DNA of 59,881 nt, filler included. It is 5 parts of 5 records of this genome, joined end to end, with 100 filler letters (N's around TTAATTAATTAA, not from the genome) between each part and the next. Parts side by side here need not be neighbours in the genome. Positions count along the whole stretch, not along the records: positions 40,206 to 59,881 come from SRR20825006_678; 4 more parts are not named here. One strand, 5' to 3'. Shown here in pieces: positions 58,632-59,881 of this stretch. Position 1 is the first letter of the stretch, and every line of letters starts with the position of its first letter. The notes under the pieces are model-generated. The model was not told where the DNA came from. It ran no database searches and saw nothing but the letters and a program-made list of their open reading frames with translations. The position numbers were made by a program, and so were the translations under genes.

Positions 58632-59429
58632 ATGTATTTAAATCATTTACAACAGGACGAGATTTTTATTCCATCAGCAATAAAATCTTTTGAAAGTATT
58701 ACAGGAATTAAGTCCCGTAGAGGGCTTGAAAATGTCATTGTATCAAATGGCAAAATTGTTAATGTGGTATCCAAAAGTTATGGGCATATTCCCAATGAAC
58801 TATTTTTTCATAAAGCAGAACAACTTCTGGTAGATGCCAATCTAAAGTATCGTAAACGAACCATCAATCGAAATGACAGGTCGTTTGTGATGGATTTTAT
58901 CATCGACAATGACAATCTATTTGAACTTAAAAATAAACAAGACCAAATACTACCCATGCTCCGTTTTAAGAATTCTTACGATGGGAGTGAAAAAACGTCG
59001 GGACATTTTGGATTTTTTAGACAAATTTGTTCAAATGGACTTCATATAGCCCAGTCAAAAATTGCCTTTTCCATTAGACACACTAAAAACAGTACGGATT
59101 TGATCATGCCTGAATTGGAATGGCTCTTTGAGAAGTTTATGGATAATGAGTTTTATAGTATTTCAAATCAATTTCTACAAATGAGCGCTGCTTCCATAAA
59201 TGATGAAGAAGCCTTTGTTTTCGAAGTGCTGAATCGTATAAAATTATTTCAGTATGCGTGTAGTGCTAAAAACAATAATCCTTCAAAAAAAGCAAGAATG
59301 GTACTAGATACCCTGTATAAAGAATCCATACGCCTTGGTGAATCACCAAATTTATGGCTTGGCTTGTGTCAGCTATTAGCAGAAAAGAAGCAGAATTACA
59401 AAAAGTCATTTCAAAAATGGCAGATTTAA
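58632..59429 (+). CDS. DUF932 domain protein, C-terminus probably replaced
   Basis: VVSKSYGHIPN, FKNSYDGS, GFFRQICSNGL, IRH motifs typical of DUF932. Confidence 0.82.
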   Translation: MYLNHLQQDEIFIPSAIKSFESITGIKSRRGLENVIVSNGKIVNVVSKSYGHIPNELFFHKAEQLLVDANLKYRKRTINRNDRSFVMDFIIDNDNLFELKNKQDQILPMLRFKNSYDGSEKTSGHFGFFRQICSNGLHIAQSKIAFSIRHTKNSTDLIMPELEWLFEKFMDNEFYSISNQFLQMSAASINDEEAFVFEVLNRIKLFQYACSAKNNNPSKKARMVLDTLYKESIRLGESPNLWLGLCQLLAEKKQNYKKSFQKWQI

Positions 59430-59603
59430 AAGTGTCATATATTCAAAGTTTATTTCATAAAAAGCAAAATCGGGCAACAAAGGGCAACAAAAACCTAATC
59501 AATCTATTAGCATAGAATTTGCCATATATTACTTGTGTTGGTGAAAGGCTATACCAAGTCCGTACCAACTCCGAATAAGTAGTAATTTTAAATTTTATAT
59601 GTT

Positions 59604-59873
59604 ATGGGTGTAATTTCACAAGGAATCCTGGGCGGTGTATCAGGAAAAGTAGGAAACGTAGTCGGTGCTTCTTGGAAAGGTATTGACTATTTGAGAATTA
59701 AGCCTTCAAATGTGGCAAATCCACGAACAGAAGGACAAGTTAACCAAAGAAACAAGTTTACTGTTACTTTGGAGTATCTTCAACCGAATTTAGGTTTTAT
59801 CAAGAAAGGGTATAAATCTTATGCGGTGCAAAAAACAGAGTTTAATGCTGCAAGTAGCGAACAAAGGTTGTAA
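59604..59873 (+). pseudogene. DUF6266 family protein, apparently truncated
   Basis: GILGGVSGKVGNVVGASWKGIDYLR..P...NPRT..Q..QR.KF signature; stops after 89 aa, 8 bp from the window end. Confidence 0.7.
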
Positions 59874-59881
59874 AACAGCCA

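Overview
The window is five contigs joined by artificial linkers (44 N + TTAATTAATTAA + 44 N at 8891-8990, 16597-16696, 24422-24521, 40106-40205). Contig 1 (1-8890) is GC-rich gammaproteobacterial housekeeping DNA: pilT / yggS-proC-yggT-yggU-metX-metW-DUF4426-rdgB, plus TIGR03545-like, HopJ-family and AraC genes. Contigs 2-4 are AT-rich Flavobacteriaceae-type core DNA: purA, fur, relA/spoT, xerD, ndh, ECF sigma, TPR histidine kinase, S9 peptidase, a MoxR/DUF58 cluster and oxyR. Contig 5 (40206-59881) looks like a decaying integrative element. It has a probable tRNA-Ser att core, a class II Fic gene with a six-repeat array over its promoter, and a truncated AlbA_2/Schlafen gene. An 11-gene envelope/lipid-remodelling cassette follows (2 PAP2, TolC-MFP-RND, OmpR/HK pair, OM barrel, PepSY-like, LTA-synthase-like, DAG kinase), then hypothetical/DUF932/DUF6266 mobile-element genes. 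Two signals stand out. First, six cassette promoters share one architecture (CTTTARA-n4-CTTTARA-n9-TAnnTTTR), suggesting a self-contained two-component regulon. Second, an 84-bp structured direct repeat brackets the cassette, and its second copy is part of a ~135-nt nested hairpin upstream of the DUF932 region. All family assignments come from motif recognition by eye; no database searches were run.
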